64,000 nucleotides of DNA from an uncultured Nitrospiraceae bacterium (GCA_963811165.1 CAWEQH010000009.1:42681-106680); one strand, 5' to 3'. Numbered from the stretch's first letter, positions 48,870 to 59,528 are shown. Notes: generated by a model from the sequence alone, not told the origin. Program-made: numbers and translations.

Positions 48870-50207
48870 ATGGACACCCTTACACCAAGGAAGATCGTTG
48901 AAGAGTTGAATAGGTTCATCATCGGACAGGATAACGCGAAGAAGGCGGTCGCGGTCGCATTGAGGAACAGATGGAGAAGACAGAGGCTCGCTCCCGACCT
49001 TAAAGATGAAGTGCTTCCGAAAAATATTATCATGATCGGCCCGACCGGCGTCGGAAAGACCGAAATTGCGAGAAGGCTGTCGAAGCTCGCCAACGCCCCT
49101 TTCATGAAGGTCGAAGCGTCGAAGTTTACCGAGGTGGGTTATGTGGGACGAGATGTCGAATCGATGATAAGGGACCTCACCGAGATCTCCGTTAATATGG
49201 TGAAGGCCGAGCACCTCGAAAAGATAAGGGAAAAGGCCAAGCGCCTGGCTGAAGAGAGACTGCTTGACCTCCTGCTGCCCCAGCAGCGGGTCACGAGGAC
49301 AGAGGTTGATGAACAGGAGAGAGAGCGGACCAGGGAGACCCGAGAGAGGCTGAGGGAGCAGCTGCGAAGCGGCAAGCTCGATGCGCGCTATGTGGATGTC
49401 GAGGTCAGGGAGAAGACTATGCCTTTTGGGGTGATCTCGAACGTCGGACTCGAGGACCTCGAAATGAACCTTAAGTCGATGCTCGGCAACCTGCTTCCGG
49501 AGAAGTCGAAAAGGAAAAAGGTGAAGATCCCCGAGGCACTTGTGTTACTTGAGCAGGAGGAGTCGAATAAACTGATCGATATGGACAAGATCACTCAGGA
49601 TGCGGTCGAGCGTGTCGAGCAGACCGGGATTGTTTTCCTCGATGAAATTGATAAGATCGCGTCGAAGGGCGGCGGCTATGGCCCTGATGTATCGAGGGAA
49701 GGGGTACAGCGGGACCTTCTGCCGATTGTCGAGGGCTCGACGGTGACGACGAAATACGGGCCGGTCAGGACAGAGCACATACTTTTTATCGCCTCCGGGG
49801 CTTTTCATATGACGAAACCTTCGGACCTTATCCCGGAGCTTCAGGGCAGGTTTCCGATACGTGTTGAGCTCGAACCCCTGGGCAAGGCCGAATTCAAAAG
49901 GATCCTGACCGAACCCCATAACGCACTCGTCAGGCAGTATACAGCTTTGCTTGCCACGGAAGAAGTGGAAATCAATTTTCTCGACGAATCGGTCGACGAG
50001 ATAGCCGAGATCGCGGCCCTCGTCAACGACAAGACCGAAAACATAGGCGCAAGAAGGCTGCACACCATACTCGAAAAGCTGCTGGAAGACATTTCCTTCG
50101 AGGCGCCCGAGAAGCCCCATACAAAACTCAATATCGACAGAACATATGTCAGGGAAAAACTGACCGATATCGTGAAGGACGAGGACCTGAGCCGATATAT
50201 CTTGTAG
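48870..50207 (+). CDS. hslU: ATP-dependent protease ATPase subunit
   Basis: [18 protein letters not shown] and ENIGARRL motifs; C-terminal DLSRYIL. Confidence 0.97.
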   Translation: MDTLTPRKIVEELNRFIIGQDNAKKAVAVALRNRWRRQRLAPDLKDEVLPKNIIMIGPTGVGKTEIARRLSKLANAPFMKVEASKFTEVGYVGRDVESMIRDLTEISVNMVKAEHLEKIREKAKRLAEERLLDLLLPQQRVTRTEVDEQERERTRETRERLREQLRSGKLDARYVDVEVREKTMPFGVISNVGLEDLEMNLKSMLGNLLPEKSKRKKVKIPEALVLLEQEESNKLIDMDKITQDAVERVEQTGIVFLDEIDKIASKGGGYGPDVSREGVQRDLLPIVEGSTVTTKYGPVRTEHILFIASGAFHMTKPSDLIPELQGRFPIRVELEPLGKAEFKRILTEPHNALVRQYTALLATEEVEINFLDESVDEIAEIAALVNDKTENIGARRLHTILEKLLEDISFEAPEKPHTKLNIDRTYVREKLTDIVKDEDLSRYIL

Positions 50208-50228
50208 CTCGTTTTCTTATACTGCGGA

Positions 50229-50345
50229 TAAGGAAGGAGATAGTATTCTCGCTCATTCTCGGTCCGCTTAGGCGGACCTCCGGGGGCTTTTCTCCCGATA
50301 CTGACCGGGATAAAAGAAGCTGCTCGAATACCATGCCCTTCCTTA
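50229..50345. repeat. Structured intergenic repeat, copy 3 of 3
   Basis: Outer stem TAAGGAAGG..GTATTC/GAATAC..CCTTCCTTA; core TCGCTCATTCTC..CTCCGGGGGC..GAAGCTGCTC. Confidence 0.75.
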
Positions 50346-50379
50346 AGGATAAAGTCTTCCGTAACGCGGGCGACGACCA

Positions 50380-51057
50380 TTGACGGAAAAAATGACGGAC
50401 AGAATCGCGGCAATATTGTTTTTTTTGTTCGTGGCTGGGTTGTGCGCTTGCTCGACATCAAGACAGGAAGTGGGTCCGGGGTCCGGTGTTGCCGTTGCCT
50501 CCTGGTACGGCCCTGATTTTCAGGGCAGGCCCACTTCTTCCGGCGAGATATTTAATATGTATTCCCTTACCTGCGCCCATAGGACCTATCCCTTCGGCAC
50601 TAAACTCAAGGTTACCAATACCGCCAATAAAAAGAGTGTGGAGTGCATCGTCAATGACAGGGGGCCGTTTGCAGCAGGGAGAGACCTCGACCTTTCATAT
50701 GCGGCTGCCAGGGAGATCGGAGTGACGGGTCCCGGAACCGCCGAAGTTCTTATCGAGGTCAATGGCAGAGACAGTTCTTATATCAGGAAGGTGAGGGTAC
50801 AGGCGGCCGCGAAGTCGGGCCCTTTTGCGATACAGGTCGGCTCCTTTAGCGAAGGCGTCAATGCGATAAGGTTGAAGAAGGCGCTCAATCTGAAATACGG
50901 GAATGTCTATATCCAGGAAGTTGAGATAAAGGGCGCGACCTATTATCGGGTGAGAGTGGGCAATTACGATGCATTACCGGATGCGGTTTTAGCGGCTGAA
51001 CAGCTTGGACAAGAAGGATATCCGGCCCAGGTAGTCAGGGCGGATACGAAGATCTGA
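50380..51057 (+). CDS. rlpA: Septal ring lytic transglycosylase RlpA (with SPOR domain)
   Basis: ASWYG, VNDRGPF, DLSYAAA and IQVGSF motifs. Confidence 0.92.
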   Translation: MTEKMTDRIAAILFFLFVAGLCACSTSRQEVGPGSGVAVASWYGPDFQGRPTSSGEIFNMYSLTCAHRTYPFGTKLKVTNTANKKSVECIVNDRGPFAAGRDLDLSYAAAREIGVTGPGTAEVLIEVNGRDSSYIRKVRVQAAAKSGPFAIQVGSFSEGVNAIRLKKALNLKYGNVYIQEVEIKGATYYRVRVGNYDALPDAVLAAEQLGQEGYPAQVVRADTKI

Positions 51058-51137
51058 GACCGCCGAGTTTCAGCCTGACCGGCGTCATTATGCATGCCGG
51101 CTGTAAAAAAAAATCTGTTTTGATGTAAAATTCCAAT

Positions 51138-51722
51138 ATGAAAAAATACGAAGATGTGGTGGAATTTCACGGACATTCCTGTCCCGGGCTTGCTCTTGGC
51201 TACAGGGTCTCGTTGCGGGCACTCAGGGAGTTTAAGAGAAGGTCTCAAGACGAGGAACTCGTTGCGATAGTCGAAAACAATTCCTGCGCGGTTGACGCGG
51301 TCCAGCTCATGACAGGTTGCACCTTCGGAAAAGGCAACCTTATTTTCAGAGACTTCGGCAAACAGGTCTATACTTTCCTTATGCGTCCTTCGGGAAAAGG
51401 CATCAGGATTTCGGTAGACTGGAAGCGACTTTCCGAGACGGAGGATGAAAAGGCCCTTTGGGACAAGTACGCCAAAGGAGACCGGTCAAAAAAGGTGGTG
51501 CAGTTCGTCCACGGCAAGAAGACGGCCAGGGTGCGGCATATACTCGATATGGATGAGAGAGAGCTCATGAGGGTGACAAGGCCGAAGGAGAAACTTCCTC
51601 CTGAGGCGGAGATCTACCGGAGCATCGTCTGCGATGGCTGCGGGGAGAAGACAGCCGAGCCGAAGGTGAGAATAAAGGACGGAAGATTATTGTGCATCCC
51701 GTGTATGGAAGGGAAGAACTAA
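51138..51722 (+). CDS. FmdE family protein
   Basis: FHGHSCPGLALG, CAVDAVQ and GCTFGKGN motifs; C-terminal CxxC..CxxC. Confidence 0.9.
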   Translation: MKKYEDVVEFHGHSCPGLALGYRVSLRALREFKRRSQDEELVAIVENNSCAVDAVQLMTGCTFGKGNLIFRDFGKQVYTFLMRPSGKGIRISVDWKRLSETEDEKALWDKYAKGDRSKKVVQFVHGKKTARVRHILDMDERELMRVTRPKEKLPPEAEIYRSIVCDGCGEKTAEPKVRIKDGRLLCIPCMEGKN

Positions 51723-52603
51723 TGGAAGAAATTATCAGGAAAGCCGAGATACTTATCGATGCGTTGCCTTATATCAGGAACTTTTACGGCAAGACCTTTG
51801 TCATAAAATACGGAGGGGCCGCGCAGACTGAGGAGAGTCTGAAGGAGTCGTTTGCCAAAGACGTTGTCATGATGAATTACATCGGCATCCATACGGTCAT
51901 CGTTCACGGCGGCGGTCCGAAGATATCCGCCGTGATGCAGAAGATGGGGAAAAAGCCCGAGTTCGTAGACGGGCAGAGGGTGACGGACCAGGAGACGATG
52001 GACATCGTCGAGATGGTACTCGGAGGACTCATCAATAAGGAGATCGTTTCCCTTATAAACAGGCACGGCGGGAAGGCGGTAGGGCTGAGCGGAAAGGACG
52101 GGGGCATGATCCGCGCCCAGAAGAAGATGATCAAGAAACCTGCTCCTGAGACCGGGGTGGGGGAGATAATCGATCTGGGCCTTGTGGGAGAAGTGACATC
52201 CGTAGATCCGTCGGTGATAGACGGTCTCGACAAGGGCGGCTTTATCCCTGTTGTTGCGCCGATAGGGGCAGGCCCAAAGGGCGAGACCCTGAACATCAAC
52301 GCAGACTACGTCGCCTCAGCGATCGCATCAGCGCTTAAGTCCGAAAAGCTTGTTTTGCTCACCGACGTCCCGGGACTGCTCGACAAAAAGGGCAAGACGA
52401 TATCGACGCTGAAGAAAGGCCGGATCGATAAATTGATAAAGGACGGCACGATCTCCGGAGGCATGCTTCCCAAGGTCACTGCCTGCATGAACGCCATCGC
52501 GGGCGGCGTGAACAAGACGCATATCGTCGACGGAAGGGTGCCCCACTGTCTTTTGCTTGAGATATTCACCAAAGAGGGCATAGGGACGGAGATACTTGTT
52601 TAA
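51722..52603 (+). CDS. argB: Acetylglutamate kinase
   Basis: VIKYGG, VHGGGP, NINAD and GGMLPK motifs. Confidence 0.96.
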   Translation: MEEIIRKAEILIDALPYIRNFYGKTFVIKYGGAAQTEESLKESFAKDVVMMNYIGIHTVIVHGGGPKISAVMQKMGKKPEFVDGQRVTDQETMDIVEMVLGGLINKEIVSLINRHGGKAVGLSGKDGGMIRAQKKMIKKPAPETGVGEIIDLGLVGEVTSVDPSVIDGLDKGGFIPVVAPIGAGPKGETLNINADYVASAIASALKSEKLVLLTDVPGLLDKKGKTISTLKKGRIDKLIKDGTISGGMLPKVTACMNAIAGGVNKTHIVDGRVPHCLLLEIFTKEGIGTEILV

Positions 52604-53987
52604 TCCATATACTGCAGTATTGATAATCCTCGGAGCGGTACTCGGCGGCTTCGTGGCCTATATCATAGTCTCTTCCCGCCTTAAAGAATTCTACTCTAAG
52701 AAGATCGGCGAAGAACAGATGAAGCAATCTGAAGTCGTCGCGAAGGCAAACAGCGCGGAGGCGGTCAACGGGGAGTTACGACGGCAGATCACGCAGAAAG
52801 ATGCCGACCTTGAGCGGCTGCAGCGCGAGCTCGACAAAGAACGGGAAGTGAAGGCGCGGCTTGAAGAGGGGCAGAAATACCTTAAAGAGCAAATCGATCG
52901 TTTCGAAGAAATGGAGACCAAGCTGGGGGAAACGTTCAAGGCCCTTTCGCTCGATGCCCTGGCCAGGAACTCCGACGAGTTCAAAAAATACGGGGAGGAG
53001 TTTATTAAGCTTGCGGAAGAAAAGCTCAAATCCCAAACGGTCGAAGGCGAGAAAGAGCTGGAGGGAAAAAAGGGGCTCATCGACCAAAACATCCAGGCCA
53101 TAGGAAAGACCCTGGCCGAGGTCCAAAAGAGGATTGAAGATGTCGGTAAAACCAGCGGTGAGAAGTTCTCCGAGGTATCGATGCTCATCAAAAAGCATGA
53201 AGAAGTAACTGTCAAACTGAAGGATACCACTGACCATCTGCGGCACGCCTTTGCGAGTTCCAAAAAAAGGGGGGAGTGGGGCGAGCGCATGGCGGAAGAC
53301 GTTATCAGGCTGATAGGGATGTCCGAAGGGATAAATTATATTAAGCAAAAGACCCTGGAACACGCCTCGGGGCGGCCTGATTACACCTTTTTGCTTCCGA
53401 ATGACCTGAAGATCAATATGGACGTGAAGTTTCCGCTCGAAAACTATCAGCACTATCTCGATGCGCAGTCGGAACACGACAGGAGGCGTTTCAAGGACGA
53501 ACTTCTGAAAAACGCAAAGATCATGATAAAACAGGTAACGACACGCGATTATATAAACCCGGGCGAAAATACCGTTGATTATGTGCTTGTCTTCATCCCC
53601 AATGAGCAGGTGTATAGTTTCATAAATGAAGCCGACCCGACCATCATGGATGAGGCACTGAAACAAAAGGTCATCTTATGCTCTCCTTTTACCCTTTATG
53701 CCGTGCTTGCGGTCATACGGCAGGCGGTCGAAAACTTCAATCTCGAACGGACGGCCTCCGAGATACTTAAGCTGCTTGCAGAGTTTTCGAAGCAATGGAA
53801 CGCGTATAAAGAAAAGTTCAGGCTAATGGGAGAACGGCTTGACGCCGCAAAAAAGGAATACGACGCTCTTGTAACAACGAGGACCAATATGCTCGACAGG
53901 CCTCTTAAGAAGATCGAGGATTTGAGACGACAGAAAGACATTGCGCCGGACTCGGCGATCAGCTTCGACGAAACAACGCTGCTCTGA
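52596..53987 (+). CDS. rmuC: DNA recombination protein RmuC
   Basis: TM segment plus coiled coil; RGEWGE, RPD, DVKFP and FIPNE motifs. Confidence 0.9.
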   Translation: MFNPYTAVLIILGAVLGGFVAYIIVSSRLKEFYSKKIGEEQMKQSEVVAKANSAEAVNGELRRQITQKDADLERLQRELDKEREVKARLEEGQKYLKEQIDRFEEMETKLGETFKALSLDALARNSDEFKKYGEEFIKLAEEKLKSQTVEGEKELEGKKGLIDQNIQAIGKTLAEVQKRIEDVGKTSGEKFSEVSMLIKKHEEVTVKLKDTTDHLRHAFASSKKRGEWGERMAEDVIRLIGMSEGINYIKQKTLEHASGRPDYTFLLPNDLKINMDVKFPLENYQHYLDAQSEHDRRRFKDELLKNAKIMIKQVTTRDYINPGENTVDYVLVFIPNEQVYSFINEADPTIMDEALKQKVILCSPFTLYAVLAVIRQAVENFNLERTASEILKLLAEFSKQWNAYKEKFRLMGERLDAAKKEYDALVTTRTNMLDRPLKKIEDLRRQKDIAPDSAISFDETTLL

Positions 53988-54004
53988 ATCAAGGCAGATC
54001 CCAA

Positions 54005-54817
54005 ATGGCCGGAAGAAAAAAGAGAAGATCGTTTCTTAACTACATAATTCCCCTGTCCTTAATCTTGCTCGTCGGGTTTATCGTCATGCAGTTTATTTAT
54101 CCCGAGATATCCGCCCTAAAGAAGGTGAACCCCAAGAAGACGGCCACGATGAAGTACCGCGAGGCTGAATGGAAGGCAGAGGGGAAGAACTACAGGATCG
54201 AACAAAAATGGGTCCCCCTGCGGGCGATTTCCCCATATCTTGTCAAGGCGGTCCTTATAGGTGAGGACGATAAGTTCTGGAGGCATGAGGGGTTCGACTA
54301 TGAGGCGATGCAAAAGGCGATAGAAAAGGATATAAAAGAGAAGAAGTTCAAGCTCGGCGGCTCAACGATTAGCCAACAGCTGGCTAAGAACCTCTTCCTC
54401 TCCCCGTCGAAAAATCCCATTAGGAAGATAAGGGAGGCGATCATTACCTGGAGGATGGAAAAGGCCCTTTCTAAAAAGAGGATACTTGAACTCTATCTGA
54501 ACGTTGCCGAATGGGGCGATAAGGGGATCTTTGGGATAGAAGCAGCGGCAAGACATTATTACGGCAAACCTGCCTCCGGGCTCGGGCCTGAAGAGGCGGT
54601 GAGGCTTGCAACCGTGCTGCCGAATCCGAGGAAATTCAACCCTCTCGGTGATCAGCGGTACGTGGTAAACCGGTCGAACCTGATTTACAAGATAATGGTG
54701 AGAAGGGGCATCGTGGTTCCCGAATATGAAGAGGTGGAGGAAAGCCAGGGGCCCGATGTGACTACAGAGCAGCAGCAGTCTCCTCAGCCGATAGAGAAGA
54801 TGAAGCCTTCCGAGTAG
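54005..54817 (+). CDS. mtgA: Monofunctional peptidoglycan transglycosylase
   Basis: EDDKFWRHEGFD, GGSTISQQLAKNLFL and RILELYLN motifs. Confidence 0.93.
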   Translation: MAGRKKRRSFLNYIIPLSLILLVGFIVMQFIYPEISALKKVNPKKTATMKYREAEWKAEGKNYRIEQKWVPLRAISPYLVKAVLIGEDDKFWRHEGFDYEAMQKAIEKDIKEKKFKLGGSTISQQLAKNLFLSPSKNPIRKIREAIITWRMEKALSKKRILELYLNVAEWGDKGIFGIEAAARHYYGKPASGLGPEEAVRLATVLPNPRKFNPLGDQRYVVNRSNLIYKIMVRRGIVVPEYEEVEESQGPDVTTEQQQSPQPIEKMKPSE

Positions 54818-54823
54818 GGGCCG

Positions 54824-56002
54824 TTATTCAGGAGGGCAGAAAAATTTTTCGCGGCCGAAGGGTGAAAGTTCCCTAAGTTCGGTGATTATCCCGGGCATTA
54901 CCTCTATTACCCGGTCGATCTCCTGTTCGGTAGTATAGCGGCTTAGGGAGAACCTGATAGAGCCGTGCACCGCGGTATAGGGGATGCCCATTGCCCGAAG
55001 GACATGGGAAGGTTCTAAAGATCCTGAGGAGCAGGCCGAGCCCGACGACGCGCAGATCCCGAATTCATTCAGCCGGAGCAATATCGCCTCCCCCTCGACG
55101 TATTCGAAACTTAGGTTTGTCGTGTTAGGCAGCCTGTTTTCCACGTCTCCGTTGATCCTCACATCGGGGCAGCAGTTAAGAAGGGCCGCTTCAAGTCTGC
55201 CGCAGAGGGCCTTGAGATAGGTCGCTTCCTTGTGCGGAAAAGTGTCGGCCAGCTCGCAGGCTTTTCCGAGTCCGGCAATGGTTGCCACGTTTTCCGTGCC
55301 CGCGCGTCTCCCTCTTTCCTGGTGGCCCCCGATGATGAAGGGGCTGAATCTCGTGCCTTTCCTGACATAAAGCACGCCGATCCCTTTTTGCGCATGAAGC
55401 TTATGCCCTGAAAGTGAGAGCATGTCTACGGGAAGGTTTTTCAGGTCGATACGGAGCTTGCCGGCCGCCTGGACCGCATCGGTGTGAAACAGTACGCCCC
55501 TTTCCTTAAGACCCTCTGCTATCTCGGCTATCGGGAAGATAACGCCCGTTTCGTTGTTTGCATACATGATAGAGACGACCGCAGTATCGTCGTCGACCGC
55601 CTTGAAAAGGAAGTCCATATCGAGCTGGCCCAGGTGATTTACGGGTACGAAGGTGACCCGGTATCCCTTTCTGGCGAGATGCTTGCAAAAGTTCAGCACC
55701 GCCGGATGCTCGACCCTCGTGGTGATCACATGTTTCCTCCGGGGAAGCGATTCGACCGCGCTCATGATGGCGGTGTTGTCGCTCTCCGTGCCGCAGCTTG
55801 TGAAGATGATCTCTTCCGGAAGGGCATTGAGGAGTGCGGCGACTTTCTCCCTTGCCTCCTCGATCTTGCGGTAAAGCTGGCCGCCGAAGGTGTGCATACT
55901 CGAGGGGTTGCCGTAAAGGTGGGTCAGATAAGGCATCATCTCTTCAAGCACCTCAGGCGCTATCCGTGTCGTTGCATTGTTGTCGAGGTAAATCGTGTTC
56001 AC
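54824..56002 (-). CDS. nifS: Cysteine desulfurase NifS
   Basis: YLDNNATT, SLSGHK and SSGSACSSG motifs; GTG start at 56002 overlaps the nifU stop. Confidence 0.93.
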   Translation of the reverse strand: MNTIYLDNNATTRIAPEVLEEMMPYLTHLYGNPSSMHTFGGQLYRKIEEAREKVAALLNALPEEIIFTSCGTESDNTAIMSAVESLPRRKHVITTRVEHPAVLNFCKHLARKGYRVTFVPVNHLGQLDMDFLFKAVDDDTAVVSIMYANNETGVIFPIAEIAEGLKERGVLFHTDAVQAAGKLRIDLKNLPVDMLSLSGHKLHAQKGIGVLYVRKGTRFSPFIIGGHQERGRRAGTENVATIAGLGKACELADTFPHKEATYLKALCGRLEAALLNCCPDVRINGDVENRLPNTTNLSFEYVEGEAILLRLNEFGICASSGSACSSGSLEPSHVLRAMGIPYTAVHGSIRFSLSRYTTEQEIDRVIEVMPGIITELRELSPFGREKFFCPPE

Positions 56003-56832
56003 TGATACACCTCCACCACTATGTCGTCGCCCACCATCTCTCTCAATTTTGCCTGAATGCCCTTTATCGTGATGTCCGACATCATGCATCCCGTGCACAT
56101 GCCGCGCAGGGCGAGGGTGACCTTGTTGCCTTCGATATCGATGATCTCGACGTCGCCGTTGTCGGCCTGCAGGCCGGGCCTTATCTCGTTTTCGATGATC
56201 TCCTGTATGAGGGCGATCTTGTGAAGGTTGGTAAGTTTTTTCGGTTTCGGCGGCTTTTCGGGCGGCTTCAGCAACCAGATATCCCTCAGAATCGCCTCGA
56301 TGCTTGGTATGCATTCCCCGCATCCGCCCCCTGCTTTCGTAAAGTTCGTAATTTCATCCACGGTGGTGAGATGGTTTTCGACGGCCACCTTTCTTATCTT
56401 CTCCTCCGTGACATCGAAGCATTTACATATGAGGTTGCCCTTCTCCTTTTGGGGTATCTTTTCTCCTTTGTAATTTGCTACTGCGGCTTCGAGCGCTTCT
56501 CTGCCCATGACCGAGCAGTGCATCTTTTGGTCGGGGAGGCCGCCGAGAAAATCTGCGATATCCTGATTTGATATCTCTAGCGCCTCATCGACGGTCTTTC
56601 CCTTGACGAGTTCGGTGAGGGCCGAGGAGCTTGCGATGGCGCTTGCGCAGCCGAAGGTCTGAAATTTTGCATCGACGATCTTCCCGGTCTGTTTGTCGAT
56701 CTTCAGAAAGAGCTTTAGCGCATCCCCGCATATGATACTTCCGACCTCTCCCACGGCATCGGCATCAGGAATCTCTCCTACATTTTTTGGCTTGAGGAAT
56801 GTCTCTCTTACCTTGTCGGTATATTCCCACAT
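55999..56832 (-). CDS. nifU: Fe-S cluster scaffold NifU (three-domain)
   Basis: MWEYTDKV, CGDAL, FGCASA, KMHCS, ICKCF, GGGCGEC and GMCTGC motifs. Confidence 0.93.
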   Translation of the reverse strand: MWEYTDKVRETFLKPKNVGEIPDADAVGEVGSIICGDALKLFLKIDKQTGKIVDAKFQTFGCASAIASSSALTELVKGKTVDEALEISNQDIADFLGGLPDQKMHCSVMGREALEAAVANYKGEKIPQKEKGNLICKCFDVTEEKIRKVAVENHLTTVDEITNFTKAGGGCGECIPSIEAILRDIWLLKPPEKPPKPKKLTNLHKIALIQEIIENEIRPGLQADNGDVEIIDIEGNKVTLALRGMCTGCMMSDITIKGIQAKLREMVGDDIVVEVYQ

Positions 56833-56881
56833 ATGTAAATTTTTCCATGAAAGGCTCCCAAAGTCAAATATAAAAAATGAT

Positions 56882-56910
56882 TTGACATCACCTTCTGAAG
56901 AGGGTATAAG
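56882..56910 (+). promoter_or_regulatory. sigma70 promoter of the GYD gene
   Basis: TTGACA-17 nt-TATAAG. Confidence 0.6.
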
Positions 56911-56954
56911 GTTAACTATAAAAGACAACAGGCATCAAGAAAGGAGATAGGAGT

Positions 56955-57239
56955 ATGGCCACTTACGTTATATTGAGCACGCTGACCGATGAGGGAAGAA
57001 AGACTATCAAGGAGAACCCGAAACGCATCATCGAGGTCAATAAGGAACTCGAGAAGATGGGGATCAAGGTCAAAGAGCAATATGCTGTTCTCGGACCATA
57101 TGATTTCGTCAATATAGTAGAAGCGAAGGACAATGACGCCATTATGCGGATGTCGGTAGAACTTGGATCGAGGGGGTCTGTGCAGCTATTGACGCTGGCG
57201 GGAATCCCCGTTTCCGACTTTGTGAAAAAATTAAAATAA
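56955..57239 (+). CDS. GYD-domain protein
   Basis: LTDEGRK..QYAVLGPYDFV. Confidence 0.85.
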   Translation: MATYVILSTLTDEGRKTIKENPKRIIEVNKELEKMGIKVKEQYAVLGPYDFVNIVEAKDNDAIMRMSVELGSRGSVQLLTLAGIPVSDFVKKLK

Positions 57240-57379
57240 GCAGCGGCCGGTAAGGACTCTGTTGTTAAAAGAATAATTTGTCGCGACTGAATTTCTATGG
57301 GGCGGACCTGTTGACAAAAAAAAGGAAATATTGTTAAATAGTTTAAATTCTTATTGACAATAGAGACCAGGAGGTAGTT

Positions 57380-57616
57380 ATGAGTGATATTAAGGCGGAT
57401 GTGGTACTTGACACGAAGGGCATGAACTGTCCGATGCCGGTGCTGAAAACCAAGAAGGCAATCGACGCACTTCAGTCGGGGCAGGTGCTCGAGGTCATCT
57501 CGACCGACGCGGGCTCGAAGTCTGATATTCCGGCGTTACTGAAAAGGCTCGGACACGAGCTCGTCGGAACAAAAGAAGAGGGCAACGTTTTCGAGTTTTA
57601 CATCAAAAAGAAGTAG
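57380..57616 (+). CDS. tusA: TusA family sulfurtransferase
   Basis: LDTKGMNCPMPV and EVISTD motifs. Confidence 0.88.
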   Translation: MSDIKADVVLDTKGMNCPMPVLKTKKAIDALQSGQVLEVISTDAGSKSDIPALLKRLGHELVGTKEEGNVFEFYIKKK

Positions 57617-57637
57617 TTCCCGATTGCTTTCTCCCCA

Positions 57638-57668
57638 GAAAAAAGCCGGGTATCTCCCGGCTTTTTTC
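57638..57668. terminator. Bidirectional intrinsic terminator
   Basis: GAAAAAAGCCGGG-TATCT-CCCGGCTTTTTTC. Confidence 0.75.
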
Positions 57669-57722
57669 ATTTGTGGCTGCTGATTGTCTTTTCACCGGGA
57701 TATCTTGTATCTTATAACGCTC

Positions 57723-57809
57723 GCCCGAGTGGCGGAATTGGTAGACGCAAGGGACTTAAAATCCCTCGTCGGCAACGGCGTGCCGGTTCGAGTCCGGCCT
57801 CGGGCACCA
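57723..57809 (+). tRNA. tRNA-Leu(TAA)
   Basis: Acceptor stem GCCCGAG/CTCGGGC, anticodon loop CT-TAA-AA, long variable arm, GGTTCGAGTCC, encoded CCA. Confidence 0.96.
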
Positions 57810-57824
57810 TTTAATTTCAAGGGG

Positions 57825-58937
57825 TTATGAAAGTCCGACATTCTCATTTTTCCCGTCATTTGGTGACAGTGTAACCGTTTTGTAACCGTCAGATACTCTC
57901 TCGATCCTTTCAGCTGCTTCCTTGTGAAGAGTCAAGACCTTCTCAGAAGCGCTCTTTAAGTCAGCTTCGTTCACGATGTTATACCGATCGAAGACGGCCC
58001 GCGTCTTATGGCCTGATATCTTCATAGCCACTCTTTCAGGGATACCGGCCCGGACCATGTTTCTTACTGCCGTCCTTCTTAAATCATGCAGAAGCATTCC
58101 TTCACAGTCTGCCGTCTTACATGCCGTCGTCCATGATTCTCTGCAATCCCTCATCCTTTGCCCCTTCCTGAAGAAGACAAAGGGGCACTCGGGATATAAG
58201 CTGTCCCGGAGGGTCTTTTGATTCAGGACCATTTCATAAAGTTCGCCTGATAGATAGATCACCCGCGCTTCATCGTTTTTCGTCATACCGGCGTCAAGTG
58301 TGATCTTCCCTTCAATCAGGTTCACCCGGTCCCAGGTGAGAGAAAGAATCTCCTCTTTCCTCATTCCCGTGTGATAGCCCATAGTCAAGACGGGCCTGAG
58401 ATGTTCAGGAAGCGCCATTTTGAGCTTGAGATATTCCTCGTGCTCGAAATAGCCGGTCCGGACGTTGTTCTCCTTGAGCTTCGGGACATACGGAGCATTT
58501 AAGACCTTTGGCGGCGTCTGCCTGGCACCCAGGGTAAACATTCTCTGCAGGGCGGATAACTCCCGGTTTATTGTCGCGTTCGCGGCGTCGTCTTCCTGTC
58601 TCTGCATGATATATTTTTGAATCTGATCTGATGTGATGTTTACCACCTTCCAGCCGCCGAAGAATGCTTTCAGGTGTCCTTTACTCCGTTCAGCCCGGAC
58701 AAGGGATTTCCGATCATTGATCTTGTAATCATTAATCAGGTCCGCGGCCAGTTCATCGAAGAGGATCTTCTCGACATTGAGCCCGTGGAACTTACCGCCG
58801 GCGATATCGCCTTCCCGGAGTCTGAGCCTCCTTTTTGCCTCCTGCTCTTTGTCTGAGTTCGTACTCTCATAAAAGGCCTTCCCCTGGCGGTAATACTTGA
58901 TCCACAAGACACCGCCCCTTTTATAGATCGTACCCAT
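57825..58937 (-). CDS. int: Phage-type tyrosine integrase
   Basis: [24 protein letters not shown] and SGHKT..RY motifs. Confidence 0.95.
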   Translation of the reverse strand: MGTIYKRGGVLWIKYYRQGKAFYESTNSDKEQEAKRRLRLREGDIAGGKFHGLNVEKILFDELAADLINDYKINDRKSLVRAERSKGHLKAFFGGWKVVNITSDQIQKYIMQRQEDDAANATINRELSALQRMFTLGARQTPPKVLNAPYVPKLKENNVRTGYFEHEEYLKLKMALPEHLRPVLTMGYHTGMRKEEILSLTWDRVNLIEGKITLDAGMTKNDEARVIYLSGELYEMVLNQKTLRDSLYPECPFVFFRKGQRMRDCRESWTTACKTADCEGMLLHDLRRTAVRNMVRAGIPERVAMKISGHKTRAVFDRYNIVNEADLKSASEKVLTLHKEAAERIERVSDGYKTVTLSPNDGKNENVGLS

Positions 58938-59161
58938 TACTTTTTCACCTTCCTTCCCGTTTTCTTTTCTATTCCCTTTGACCTCAATTCACCACCTTTC
59001 TTTTCCACACATTCAAGGGTCAAATGTAGGAAAGACGGAATATGTCTTTCTCCTCTTTCCCATCTGCTAACAGTCAGAGGAGTGACGAGCAAAACTCTTG
59101 CAAGCTGACTTTGAGAATACCCATTCTTTTTACGCCATGCTTGGAGTTCTTTTGTCGTCAT
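58937..59161 (-). CDS. XRE family HTH regulator
   Basis: [29 protein letters not shown]; its stop overlaps the int start. Confidence 0.85.
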   Translation of the reverse strand: MTTKELQAWRKKNGYSQSQLARVLLVTPLTVSRWERGERHIPSFLHLTLECVEKKGGELRSKGIEKKTGRKVKK

Positions 59162-59321
59162 GATAATAATATATTCCAATGGAATAGAGTTGTCAAGAGA
59201 AATCTTTCATGAGAAAGAAAAGAATGAGGACCGGCAAGGAGGTCTGCCAGTCCCCAAGTCCCCGGACTTGCTTCCCGTCGAAAGCAGGATCTCCCGATCA
59301 CACCGGGGGAAGGTGAAAGGT

Positions 59322-59528
59322 TTAACAGACATGGGCCGTCTTTGCAGCATCAACCCATCTATCGAGGTCTCGAATATCGAGGAGCTTCTTTTTACCGGCT
59401 GGCACGTAAGGCAACGTCCCTTTCCTGATCATGTCGCGGATCGTCCAGGCGGATAGGCCCCCGAGATATTCCCCGGCCTCTGCAGAGGTAAAAAGGCGCT
59501 TGAATATTCTGTCAGATTGTCTAGTCAT
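59322..59528 (-). CDS. Excisionase-like HTH protein
   Basis: LFTSAEAGEYLGGLSAWTIRDMIRKGTLP..LDIRDLDRWV. Confidence 0.85.
   Translation of the reverse strand: MTRQSDRIFKRLFTSAEAGEYLGGLSAWTIRDMIRKGTLPYVPAGKKKLLDIRDLDRWVDAAKTAHVC

Noticed and set aside
54824..56323. 499-aa N-terminally extended NifS in the ORF track
   Set aside because: The extension overlaps nifU out of frame; the likely start is GTG at 56002.
54824..56832. nifSU as evidence of nitrogen fixation
   Set aside because: There are no nifHDK genes in the window, and stand-alone NifSU is a housekeeping Fe-S system in many anaerobes.
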